From positions 1-34,238 of the forward strand of contig JBGTNC010000294.1 in NCBI GenBank assembly GCA_041743265.1: a stretch of DNA of 34,238 bases, written 5' to 3'. Both the position numbers and the translations under genes were made by a program. Source of the stretch: Alphaproteobacteria bacterium (GTDB taxonomy: Bacteria > Pseudomonadota > Alphaproteobacteria > Micavibrionales > UBA2020). The notes under the pieces are model-generated. The model saw only the letters and a list, made by a program, of their open reading frames with translations, was not told the origin of the DNA and did not search any database. Every line of letters begins with the position of its first letter. Position 1 is the first letter of the stretch. Shown one piece after another: positions 26,748 through 34,238 of this stretch.

Positions 26748-27497
26748 CTACGGTTTTGGTTTGAAGTTTTTAACCGCAGCGGGCAGGTCTTTCATGTCGT
26801 TGATCACAACATGCGCGCCGGCTTGCAGCAATACTTGCGTCATATGCTTGGCTTCGCTGGCTTCCATCAGGCCCGTATAGCCAACGCGCAGGCCAATGCC
26901 TGCACTGGTGGCGGCACGCATGCCGGTCAGGCTGTCTTCAACGGCGGCGGCTTCTGCGGGGCTCACGCCCAGTGTCTTGGCGGCCAGCAGATAAATGGCA
27001 GGGTCTTCTTTCAGCTTGGCCACATCTTCAAACGCGCTAAAAACGCGGTGTGCGGGCAGGCGTGTATCGAATTTATGTGCATCGAGCAGCGGTTGAATAC
27101 GCATGCGCGGACTGTTGCTGACAATGGCCACGCCCAGTTTCAAATCATCTTGCAAGGCCGCGACCGTCGGGCCGATGTGCGGGGCTAGGTCTGCATTCAG
27201 CAGAGCTTTTTTGGTGGCGGGGCGCAGTTTATTGATGCGCAGGTCTTCAATATCAATGGTAATTTTTTGATCTACGGGCAGGCCACGGTTGATGACGTCT
27301 TGGAACTGTTTACCGATCTGGCCGAAATCTTTGCCGCGCATATCCAGTGCATCAATCTGCGCTGTCATGGGGTTGCCGAATTTTTCGGTCGCGTAATCTG
27401 ACAGCACGCGGTGTGTCACGGTCAAACTGACAGGTTCGGTATGGGCAAAAGTGCCGTCCCAATCGAAAAAGACTTCTTTAATGGTGGGTTTGCTCAA
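26748..27497 (-). CDS. HAD-superfamily phosphatase (canonical DxDGT motif I)
   Basis: The TTG start at 27497 lies 7 nt after AAGGAG. Motif I is VFFDWDGTFAHTEP; the other motifs are VSNSP and a late EDS..G.......G. Confidence 0.85.
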   Translation of the reverse strand: MSKPTIKEVFFDWDGTFAHTEPVSLTVTHRVLSDYATEKFGNPMTAQIDALDMRGKDFGQIGKQFQDVINRGLPVDQKITIDIEDLRINKLRPATKKALLNADLAPHIGPTVAALQDDLKLGVAIVSNSPRMRIQPLLDAHKFDTRLPAHRVFSAFEDVAKLKEDPAIYLLAAKTLGVSPAEAAAVEDSLTGMRAATSAGIGLRVGYTGLMEASEAKHMTQVLLQAGAHVVINDMKDLPAAVKNFKPKP

Positions 27498-27509
27498 TTT
27501 TTATCTCCT

Positions 27510-28229
27510 TCAGGCCGCTTGCAGAAATTTTTCAATTTCTGTGGTTACGGTATCTGCTTCTTCCAAATGTGCGATGTGTCCGGTATGGGGCAGCATTATC
27601 AATTGCGCGCCTTTAATGTTCTCTTGCATTTCTGTTTGCAGGGCAGGCGGGGTCACTTGATCTTCCACGCCACCAATGATGAGGGTCGGGATATTGATCT
27701 GCGGTAAAAACGCAACCGAGCTTTCGCGCGTGGCGCAGGCCGTCTGGTGGTTTTTAAAACATTCATAGCCAACACGCAGGGAAACGGCGTGCAGGGATTT
27801 AATCAGGTCTTTGTTTTCAAACGACCGTGCGCTCAGGAATGCTTTGTAATGGTCTGCGTCCTTGCGGGCCTCTATATAAACTTCTGGCCCTGCATCAACA
27901 TCGGCCTGACGTTGTTTTGATTTGGCAGGGGTGTCTGCACGGGCGGAGGTATTGCAGAAAACCGCTTTTTTCACGCGCGCGCCTGCTTGCTTCAAAACTT
28001 CCAGCCCGACGTACCCGCCCATAGATGTGCCGCAGATAATAAATTCGCCTTCGGGCGCGGATGCAATCACATGGGCGGCCATGGCCGAAATACTATCGAA
28101 ACGTGTCAGGTCTACCGTCAGCGCGGTTCTGTGTTGCGCAAAATAGTTTTTTTGCGCATCCCAGACGGTGTCATCGGATGATGCGCCGGGAATAAAAATA
28201 ATCGGCAGTAAATCCACGGGCGCTGTCAT
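27510..28229 (-). CDS. Alpha/beta-hydrolase
   Basis: The nucleophile elbow is ICGTSMGGYVG and the C-terminal catalytic His lies in LPHTGHIAHLEE. Its ATG overlaps the upstream stop (ATGA at 28226-28229). Confidence 0.85.
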   Translation of the reverse strand: MTAPVDLLPIIFIPGASSDDTVWDAQKNYFAQHRTALTVDLTRFDSISAMAAHVIASAPEGEFIICGTSMGGYVGLEVLKQAGARVKKAVFCNTSARADTPAKSKQRQADVDAGPEVYIEARKDADHYKAFLSARSFENKDLIKSLHAVSLRVGYECFKNHQTACATRESSVAFLPQINIPTLIIGGVEDQVTPPALQTEMQENIKGAQLIMLPHTGHIAHLEEADTVTTEIEKFLQAA

Positions 28230-29416
28230 GCCTGCGGGCCTTTATGGTTGCCGCTTTTGCGCGGTGCTGGTTTTGGCTGCGGTGTATTGTCCTGCACAAT
28301 ATGTTCTTTCATATCTTTGGCAGGGTCAGCTGGCACACTGGCGCGCAAGGGGCTTGTGCGGGTTTGCGCTGTCTTGACCCAATCGCAGACTTCGCTGATG
28401 CGTTTGTCCGTCACCAGCTCGGGGTAGTGTCCCACACCTTCATAGACCATCAGCGATGCATCGGGGCGCACATCTATCATGCGTTTGACAACATCGGGGG
28501 TGGCGGTATTGCTGTTTTCACCTGCCAGCAGCAAAATGGGCGTAGGCAGGTCTGTATAGGCTTGCCATTTATCGTAGGGCAGCAGGTATTCATCCGCGTA
28601 ACCCGTCATGGAATTGGGGTCGTAGGCCCATGCATAGCCTTCGCGTGTAAAATTGGCGAAGCCATGATTGAAATCATGCACAATAAATTCATCCGCAACA
28701 GGCGCGCCGTGGCCTTGCAAGAAGTTACCCAGTTTTTTAACAGCATCTTCGATGGTGTCTGATGCAGGTCTTTCGCGGTTGCGCCATGCGCGGCGCAGTT
28801 TGGGGCCAGCCGGTGTTTCGGGCGGCATATCGCCAATAATGGTGCCTGCCCAGCGTTTATCTGCAAAGCCTTGCTCTGCCATGGCATAGATCACTTTGGA
28901 TCCGTGCGAATGGCCCAGCAGGTGATATTTGCCCTTGGGGTCTGTGTGCTCAATCAAGGCTTCGACGATGGCAGCGTAATTTTCCAGCGTATAGTCATTC
29001 GGCATTTTAAAATTGCCGCTATGGCCTTTGCCGGGGTAATCAAGCGCGATCACGTTAAAGTTCTCGGCAGCACCTTCGGCGAAAAAGTCAAACCGGCGGG
29101 CGCTGTTGTAAATGCCGCCCAGACAGATGATGGTTTCTGCGGTTTCAGGATTGTTGCGCGCCGTCCACAGGTTGTAGGAAATAGGCAATTGCTGTGTTCT
29201 GACCAGATTGGCATCCGCGTGCAAACCTTGCGGCAGATAAGCCTTCATATTTTCGGCGTCATGCGTATAGGTGAATTCATGGCGTGTGAATTGCGGCAAG
29301 AAGCGCTGATCAAGCGCACGCGCAAGCTTGGCAATTTCTTTTTCTTTATCGCTGAACTGCGCTTCTGCAGACGGCGATACGTTGCCAAAAACCGAAATGT
29401 CTTTTTTCACAGACAT
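28226..29416 (-). CDS. Alpha/beta-hydrolase with an N-terminal extension and a basic Pro-rich C-terminal tail
   Basis: The ATG at 29416 lies 7 nt after GAGG. The nucleophile elbow is HLLGHSHGSKV, the oxyanion region is ICLGGIYNS and the late His is in GVGHYPEL. Confidence 0.85.
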   Translation of the reverse strand: MSVKKDISVFGNVSPSAEAQFSDKEKEIAKLARALDQRFLPQFTRHEFTYTHDAENMKAYLPQGLHADANLVRTQQLPISYNLWTARNNPETAETIICLGGIYNSARRFDFFAEGAAENFNVIALDYPGKGHSGNFKMPNDYTLENYAAIVEALIEHTDPKGKYHLLGHSHGSKVIYAMAEQGFADKRWAGTIIGDMPPETPAGPKLRRAWRNRERPASDTIEDAVKKLGNFLQGHGAPVADEFIVHDFNHGFANFTREGYAWAYDPNSMTGYADEYLLPYDKWQAYTDLPTPILLLAGENSNTATPDVVKRMIDVRPDASLMVYEGVGHYPELVTDKRISEVCDWVKTAQTRTSPLRASVPADPAKDMKEHIVQDNTPQPKPAPRKSGNHKGPQA

Positions 29417-29615
29417 ATGACGACCTCATGTTGGTTTGTTTAATCGGGGGCGTAAACTAGCATTCTGTATAGCATATGCAAATACATCTGTCAGTGCATA
29501 TGGCAACTGCGCAGAGGTGTAAAAAGGTAAGCCATTATTTGCAAAGGTTTATTTTTTGAAGAAGCGCAGCGGGTTTATTTAATGCTGCAATGCGGCAATA
29601 GCGCATCTGCGATGA

Positions 29616-30827
29616 TTATTGTGAAAGCCAGCGCAGCATGCCTTTTGCCACAGCAACACCATTGGCCATGCATGCCTGCAAAAGATAGCCGCCCGTGGGT
29701 GCTTCCCAGTCCAACATTTCACCCGCCACAAAAACGCCGGGCTTTTTCAGCAGCATGAAATTTTCATCCACGGATGAAAACAGCACGCCGCCTGCGGTTG
29801 AAATGGCGCGGGTAATACCAAAGGGGCTTTGTATATCAATCGGGCAGGCTTTTAAACATTGCGCTAATTGTGCGGGCGAATATTTACCCAGCTGTTGCCG
29901 ATCGTTTCGCTCCATCAACAGGCCGATTACAAGGGGTGACAGGTTCAGCGTCTTGCGCAAGTAATTGGAGAGCGACAATGCCGCGCGTGGTTTTTGCAAC
30001 CGTTGCTGTAGCGTAATTAAATCCAGCTCCGGTTTTAAATCCAGCATCAGGCGGGCATGGCCGTTGCGCTCGACTTCATCGCGCAACGCGGCAGATAGCG
30101 CATAAATCGCTCCGCCTTCCAATCCTTTTTCGGTGACAATACATTCACCGTGGATTGTTTGGTCTTGAAAAGAAAACACAACAGATTTTAACGGCTGCCC
30201 TGCAAAGCGTTCGGAGAAAACGGAAGACCACGCCACGTTAAACCCGCAATTGGCGGGGCGCAGTGGTGCTGTGTCAATTTTCTGCGCAGCCAGAATCTCC
30301 ATCCACGATCCATCCGCCCCCAGTCGCGGCCAAGAAGCACCGCCCAGCGCCAGCAATGTTGCATCCGGCGTGATGTGTGCGGCGGATTGTGCTGTTTGAA
30401 AAGACAGCGCGTTCTCTTGCCAGCCTTGCCAGTCATGGTTGAGCAAGAATGTGACGCCTTGATTTTCCAATCGCATTTTCCACGCACGCAGCAGCGGCGA
30501 TGCTTTGAAACTTTCAGGAAAGACGCGCCCGCTGGACCCCACAAATGTTTTCTCGCCCAGTCCTTCGCACCAGTCGCGTAAATCTTGCGGCGGGAAATCT
30601 TGAATAAGCGGGCGCAAGGCATCGGCCTTGCTGCCGTATTTTTGCATGAAGCTGTTAAAATCTTCCGTATGCGTCAGGTTTAACCCGCCGCGCCCTGCCA
30701 TCAAAAACTTGCGGCCGATGGATGGCTTGCGTTCGAACACAGAAACATCAACACCCGCCGCGGACAACACGTCCGCCGCCATTAAGCCAGCAGGGCCTGC
30801 TCCGATAATTGCAATTGTTTTTTTCAT
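29616..30827 (-). CDS. FAD-dependent flavoprotein of the HI0933/BaiN-like family (TIGR03862-like)
   Basis: The N-terminal dinucleotide fold is KKTIAIIGAGPAGLMAADVL. The following FERKPSIGRKFLMAGRGGLNLTH and the C-terminal VFVAGEMLDWEAPTGGYLLQ are characteristic of this family. Confidence 0.85.
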   Translation of the reverse strand: MKKTIAIIGAGPAGLMAADVLSAAGVDVSVFERKPSIGRKFLMAGRGGLNLTHTEDFNSFMQKYGSKADALRPLIQDFPPQDLRDWCEGLGEKTFVGSSGRVFPESFKASPLLRAWKMRLENQGVTFLLNHDWQGWQENALSFQTAQSAAHITPDATLLALGGASWPRLGADGSWMEILAAQKIDTAPLRPANCGFNVAWSSVFSERFAGQPLKSVVFSFQDQTIHGECIVTEKGLEGGAIYALSAALRDEVERNGHARLMLDLKPELDLITLQQRLQKPRAALSLSNYLRKTLNLSPLVIGLLMERNDRQQLGKYSPAQLAQCLKACPIDIQSPFGITRAISTAGGVLFSSVDENFMLLKKPGVFVAGEMLDWEAPTGGYLLQACMANGVAVAKGMLRWLSQ

Positions 30828-30839
30828 AGGGCTGCCCGT

Positions 30840-31217
30840 TTAAGAAAGCGATGCGACAATATAGGGCCAAAAGGTAAGGCCGCCGATGACGCATGCAGCG
30901 GCGGCGCAAATAAATACGGCACCCGCTGCGATATCTTTGGCGTTCTTAACGGATACATGTAGGTCGGGGCTCACAACATCGCATAGATATTCAAATGCTG
31001 TATTGATCATCTCCGCAAACCATACGAAGGCGATGCAGCTGATGAGCCAGCGCCAATCCGCCGCGCGAATATCAAAGGCGAGCCCGGCTATACATACAGC
31101 GACAGCGGCGAGCAAGTGGATACGGGCATTGCGCTGCGTTTTGACTGTGAAGAAGATGCCCTGAAAGGCATGGTGAAAACTTTTGATCAGGCTGGTTGGT
31201 TGGTCTGGCTTATGCAT
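30840..31217 (-). CDS. dgkA: Diacylglycerol kinase family (DgkA-type small integral membrane lipid kinase)
   Basis: The family pattern is ...SFHHAFQGIFFTVKTQRNARIHL...WFAEMINTAFEYLCDVVSPD....KNAKDIAAGAV.... I prefer the ATG at 31217 (125 aa). In-frame upstream alternatives are the ATG at 31256 and the TTG at 31271. Confidence 0.85.
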   Translation of the reverse strand: MHKPDQPTSLIKSFHHAFQGIFFTVKTQRNARIHLLAAVAVCIAGLAFDIRAADWRWLISCIAFVWFAEMINTAFEYLCDVVSPDLHVSVKNAKDIAAGAVFICAAAACVIGGLTFWPYIVASLS

Positions 31218-31335
31218 GGGGGATTGTTCTTTCCAGTCGCCATTCAAGGGCGGCATTCTCGGTGCCGCCAAATATTTTTGCTTTTACGGCAAGCATTCCC
31301 GCAAAAAGGCTGGCGATCAATATGCAACAGGCCAT
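31210..31335 (-). CDS. Candidate 41-aa hydrophobic peptide ORF between the LDI-like gene and dgkA
   Basis: Hand translation gives MACCILIASLFAGMLAVKAKIFGGTENAALEWRLERTIPHA*. The ATG at 31335 lies 8 nt after AAGGA, which overlaps the upstream stop. Its stop overlaps the dgkA ATG (ATGCATAA). It competes with the longer dgkA start models. Confidence 0.2.
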   Translation of the reverse strand: MACCILIASLFAGMLAVKAKIFGGTENAALEWRLERTIPHA

Positions 31336-31345
31336 CGTTTGATCC

Positions 31346-33262
31346 TTATGAAGCTTTGCTTATTTTTATAACTTTTCGGCCATCTAGTAAAATGTTTATC
31401 AGGGCTTTTCCTGTGTTATCGGCTTGCTGGCTGTTTTCACGGCTGCCGAGGCAGCTATATGTGGCATGAGGGGTTAGCCCTGCCAAGCCTATTTGCTGCC
31501 AGCCATGGGCGGCGCCCGGGTAAAGCACAGCGTTTAATGTGCCCTTTGCGTAAAGCGCCTGTGCAACCAAGGTTTGCGGGTAATCCGCCTTTTCTATATG
31601 CGGATGCTGCGCGGTATTTTGTGGGCCTGTCATGAGATTGCGGAACCCGTCTTTTACGGCACTCCGCGCGAAAAACTCTGTCGCGTGTGACCAGACGGAT
31701 GATTTCGGGCGGTGATAAAATCCGTTGTCGGACCGCACGGGGCATTCTTCATCTAGGGCATCAAAGCAGAGCTTTGCAATTTCTCCATCACCCATCTCGG
31801 CGGCGGCCAAAGCGGTTGCAGAATATGCTGATGCGCGTGAAAACTTGTAATTACCTGTATCAATGCGCCAAAACTTGCTGCGGTTCAAGCGGCCCCCGTG
31901 CAAAATATTCTTGCGCAGCAATAACCATTGCCGCAAAGCAATGTCGGGCATGGTGGCATTTAGAAAAAAGCAGGGTAAGGCTTGTGGCATCGCGCCGCCT
32001 ATATTGGGCAGCGCAAAACCGGTGTATCTTGAGCGACAGGGGATGATTTGCCCTTTCAGGCTGATAAATTCAGTCTCGAGGCTGTCCCGGAAATTCTCAG
32101 CGCGTGCTGCCCATGTATCTGGCACTTCAGCTTTGGCGGCTGCGGCGTAGATGGTATTGCACAGCGGGTATATCCAGTTCGGTTCACAGGCAACAAGGTG
32201 AAAGACGGAACGCTGTGTCTCACGTTCCAGCGTATCGATGAGCGAGGGCAGGTCATAGGCATATGTTTTGCCGGATGGGTGATGCAGTGAAAAACTGGCA
32301 GGTGAATTATAATCTGTCAGGCCGGATGCGCGATGAAACATCGACATTTGCGTTGCGCAAAAACCCGTGAACATAATGTTCTCGCGTATAACCGGATCGG
32401 CGTTCAGCTGAAAATTTCCCCAAAGGTTTTCCAGTGCCCAATATTTCCAAATGCGGTGATCTGTTTGTTTTTGAATCAGGTTTTTTTGAGCATCACGTAT
32501 ATACCCGCTAAAGGCGGGCATATACGTTGCTTGCGACATGGAAAGTGCATAGCCGGTGAAGTTGATCTGGTATCTGACAGCAGCTGTTTGAAACTGATCC
32601 AGCCATTCGAAGCCATTAAACTCGGGCAAGGGTTGTAAGGCGCGATTTAGTAAGAGCCTCATTCTTTTTAAATCTTCAGGTGAAAGTTCGCGTGCGTGCG
32701 ACGTGCTGTTTTCTTGAAAGCCCTGCGACACAGCAGGCGCTTTATTTGCGAGGTAATGATTGGCAGCTTTCCGCCGAGACATATAAAAAGGCTGTAGGAT
32801 AAACACGCTGAGTAAGCTGGCGGATATAACGCCGAGAATACCGAGCAATGTTATCCACGGCATATGCGTGTACATATAGCCATGTTTCATCAATGCCGCG
32901 ATGACGGCTAATAATAGCCACGCAAACGGCGGTGCCACGGCATTGCCCGTTGCAAACCAGCCGATGACGGTAACTGAGAAGGCGAGAAAAGCAATAAACG
33001 CAGTTGCAAGGTGGATCAAGCCGGCGGCTGTCTCAAAATTCGCATGCGCCAAAAACCCGCCGCCGGGTATCATCAGGCCGAGGCCGAAAATTTGCCAATG
33101 CGGTGTGAGGGCAAGTTGCGTGAAGGCAAAACCAAGCAGGAGGATCAGCAGATATATTCTAAGAAAGCGTACAATATGGTACAGGGTAACAGGCCCAAAG
33201 AGCCCGCGCTGCAGAGGGTAAAGCCCGATGATGGGGGCAGTGGGCGCTGTTTGTTCGGGCAT
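31346..33262 (-). CDS. Membrane-anchored protein with a linalool dehydratase/isomerase (LDI)-like domain
   Basis: The N-terminal ~165 aa are hydrophobic (about 5 TM). The soluble domain contains WGNFQLNADPVIRENIMFTGF (nt 32360-32422) and VACEPNWIYPLCNT (nt 32153-32188). From my recollection of Castellaniella defragrans Ldi, these align with WGDW...DPIEKENIMYKGH and IVCEPDNYFVQCNS. Confidence 0.7.
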   Translation of the reverse strand: MPEQTAPTAPIIGLYPLQRGLFGPVTLYHIVRFLRIYLLILLLGFAFTQLALTPHWQIFGLGLMIPGGGFLAHANFETAAGLIHLATAFIAFLAFSVTVIGWFATGNAVAPPFAWLLLAVIAALMKHGYMYTHMPWITLLGILGVISASLLSVFILQPFYMSRRKAANHYLANKAPAVSQGFQENSTSHARELSPEDLKRMRLLLNRALQPLPEFNGFEWLDQFQTAAVRYQINFTGYALSMSQATYMPAFSGYIRDAQKNLIQKQTDHRIWKYWALENLWGNFQLNADPVIRENIMFTGFCATQMSMFHRASGLTDYNSPASFSLHHPSGKTYAYDLPSLIDTLERETQRSVFHLVACEPNWIYPLCNTIYAAAAKAEVPDTWAARAENFRDSLETEFISLKGQIIPCRSRYTGFALPNIGGAMPQALPCFFLNATMPDIALRQWLLLRKNILHGGRLNRSKFWRIDTGNYKFSRASAYSATALAAAEMGDGEIAKLCFDALDEECPVRSDNGFYHRPKSSVWSHATEFFARSAVKDGFRNLMTGPQNTAQHPHIEKADYPQTLVAQALYAKGTLNAVLYPGAAHGWQQIGLAGLTPHATYSCLGSRENSQQADNTGKALINILLDGRKVIKISKAS

Positions 33263-33278
33263 GCTATCTATTCAATTT

Positions 33279-34238
33279 CTACTGTTTATTGATTTTTAAA
33301 GAATCCATCTCCATATCCGAATAAGGGTCACTAAGAGACATTGAGATTCTATTCATTCGCTGTCTAAAGTCTATACCGATACGGTATTGTGCAACCGTTA
33401 GATATGCGTCAATTTTGTCCAGAAGATTATCTTCTGCATCTAGAAGGCTTTCTACCAAATCATACTTACCCTTTTCCAATAAAAACCGTTTCATATGATA
33501 AGAAATCGTCTTTTCCTGTTTTTGTAGGTTTTGAGTGAGTTTAGAAATTTGCTCTAGCTTCTCTGTATCACCAGATAATTTATAATGCCCTTTAAGCGTG
33601 CCCCAGGCTTCGGAAGCCCAATCTGCGCTCTTTCCTTCGGAGGCTAGAAAGTTTAACGCCGCATCCGCTCCGTCTTCTTCAAATAAGCGTAGCGCAATCT
33701 TGGTAACGATATCGCCTATATCGTGCTCTTTATTTTTATCTTTTGCAGCTTGTAGTTCAGTCTTTAACACTTCCATTGGAGAAGGGCGCTGAAAATCCGT
33801 GATTTTATAGGTGGCAATGCCTTTTTGTCTTTCTATCTCGGCGGCAAGGGTTCTTATGTTGCCGGTTGGTTTTAAGTAGTCACCTTGCGTAACGGGCCAT
33901 TCTTCAAGGGGAACTCCCGCCACCGTTTCAAATGCCGCATCAAGCAATCCAGCTTGCATTTGGAAATGAGAAATACCATCAAGGATGTGTGCATTGTTTT
34001 TGAGCTTTGCGGCTTTTTCTTTGGCGTGTTCAAAGAATTTATTTGCAGCGCCAGATTGACCGGCCATTTCAAGAATGCTCCCAAATGAAGCAATGGTAAC
34101 GGCTTGGCGTCTATCGTTTCCAATAACAAACGCGTCGTATTGCGTATATATATCGAGCGCTTTGGATAAGCCACTGCAGAGCAATTTGCTGTTGGCGAGT
34201 GTCTGTATAAATTCCCGCTTTCTTGTAAATTTTAGCCC
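33279..34238 (-). CDS. Hypothetical all-alpha protein encoded by an AT-rich gene, 5'-truncated by the window edge
   Basis: The frame stays open from 34184 to the window end (…GLKFTRKREFIQTLANSKLLCSG…), and the stop lies 16 nt upstream of the next gene's start. I recognised no family. The sequence is helix-rich and Lys/Glu/Leu-rich. Confidence 0.65.
   Translation of the reverse strand, partial: GLKFTRKREFIQTLANSKLLCSGLSKALDIYTQYDAFVIGNDRRQAVTIASFGSILEMAGQSGAANKFFEHAKEKAAKLKNNAHILDGISHFQMQAGLLDAAFETVAGVPLEEWPVTQGDYLKPTGNIRTLAAEIERQKGIATYKITDFQRPSPMEVLKTELQAAKDKNKEHDIGDIVTKIALRLFEEDGADAALNFLASEGKSADWASEAWGTLKGHYKLSGDTEKLEQISKLTQNLQKQEKTISYHMKRFLLEKGKYDLVESLLDAEDNLLDKIDAYLTVAQYRIGIDFRQRMNRISMSLSDPYSDMEMDSLKINKQ

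Noticed and set aside
28244-29443. Two + strand ORFs (28244..28762 and 28871..29443) opposite the 396-aa alpha/beta-hydrolase
   Set aside because: They are antisense to a frame with a clear GHSHG nucleophile elbow, an SD and operon context. Neither has any motif.
1993-31217. Treating the lipid-related genes (ceramidase-like, lipase-like hydrolases, desaturase, dgkA) as one lipid-remodelling island
   Set aside because: They are dispersed over about 29 kb on both strands. Housekeeping genes (metH, glycerate kinase) and strong terminators separate them, so only the local operons are reported as units.
1-34238. Mobile elements, CRISPR arrays, tRNA/rRNA genes and toxin-antitoxin pairs
   Set aside because: I found no transposase, integrase or recombinase-like translation in any frame, no long terminal inverted repeats and no regularly spaced repeat array. 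I saw no cloverleaf-like conserved tRNA segments in the intergenic regions and no small adjacent TA-like gene pairs.

Overview
34.2-kb gene-dense chromosomal segment with about 28 protein-coding genes on both strands. I found no rRNA or tRNA genes, no CRISPR array, and no recognisable transposase, integrase or IS ends. The gene content plus one EcfG-type promoter (GGAAC-N17-CGTT) suggest an alphaproteobacterium; this is inference. Clear housekeeping genes: the cydB 3' end with a small DUF2474-like ORF, an MscS-family channel, a DAACS symporter, a type II asparaginase-family protein, a Y-family DNA polymerase, metH, a MOFRL-type glycerate kinase, a membrane fatty-acid desaturase and dgkA. Between them sit poorly characterised genes, and four loci stand out. 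(1) A beta-CASP MBL nuclease is tightly coupled to a 464-aa protein with two N-terminal TM helices, an unassignable middle region and a C-terminal Nudix box (4241-7012). (2) A pyruvate-phosphate-dikinase-derived protein keeps the phospho-His swivel domain and the PEP/pyruvate TIM barrel, but a ~300-aa unrelated N-terminus replaces the ATP-grasp domain (17415-19808). (3) A tightly spaced minus-strand run contains an AT-rich gene of unknown function, a membrane-anchored linalool-dehydratase/isomerase-like protein, dgkA and a TIGR03862-like flavoprotein (29616-34238), followed by a three-hydrolase operon (26748-29416). (4) A ~10-repeat ankyrin protein is flanked by an 11-bp direct repeat. At least seven unrelated proteins here end in basic Pro/Lys-rich tails. 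All functional calls come from reading the translations by eye; no database search was run. Start codons were refined by hand where the ORF track over-extends.
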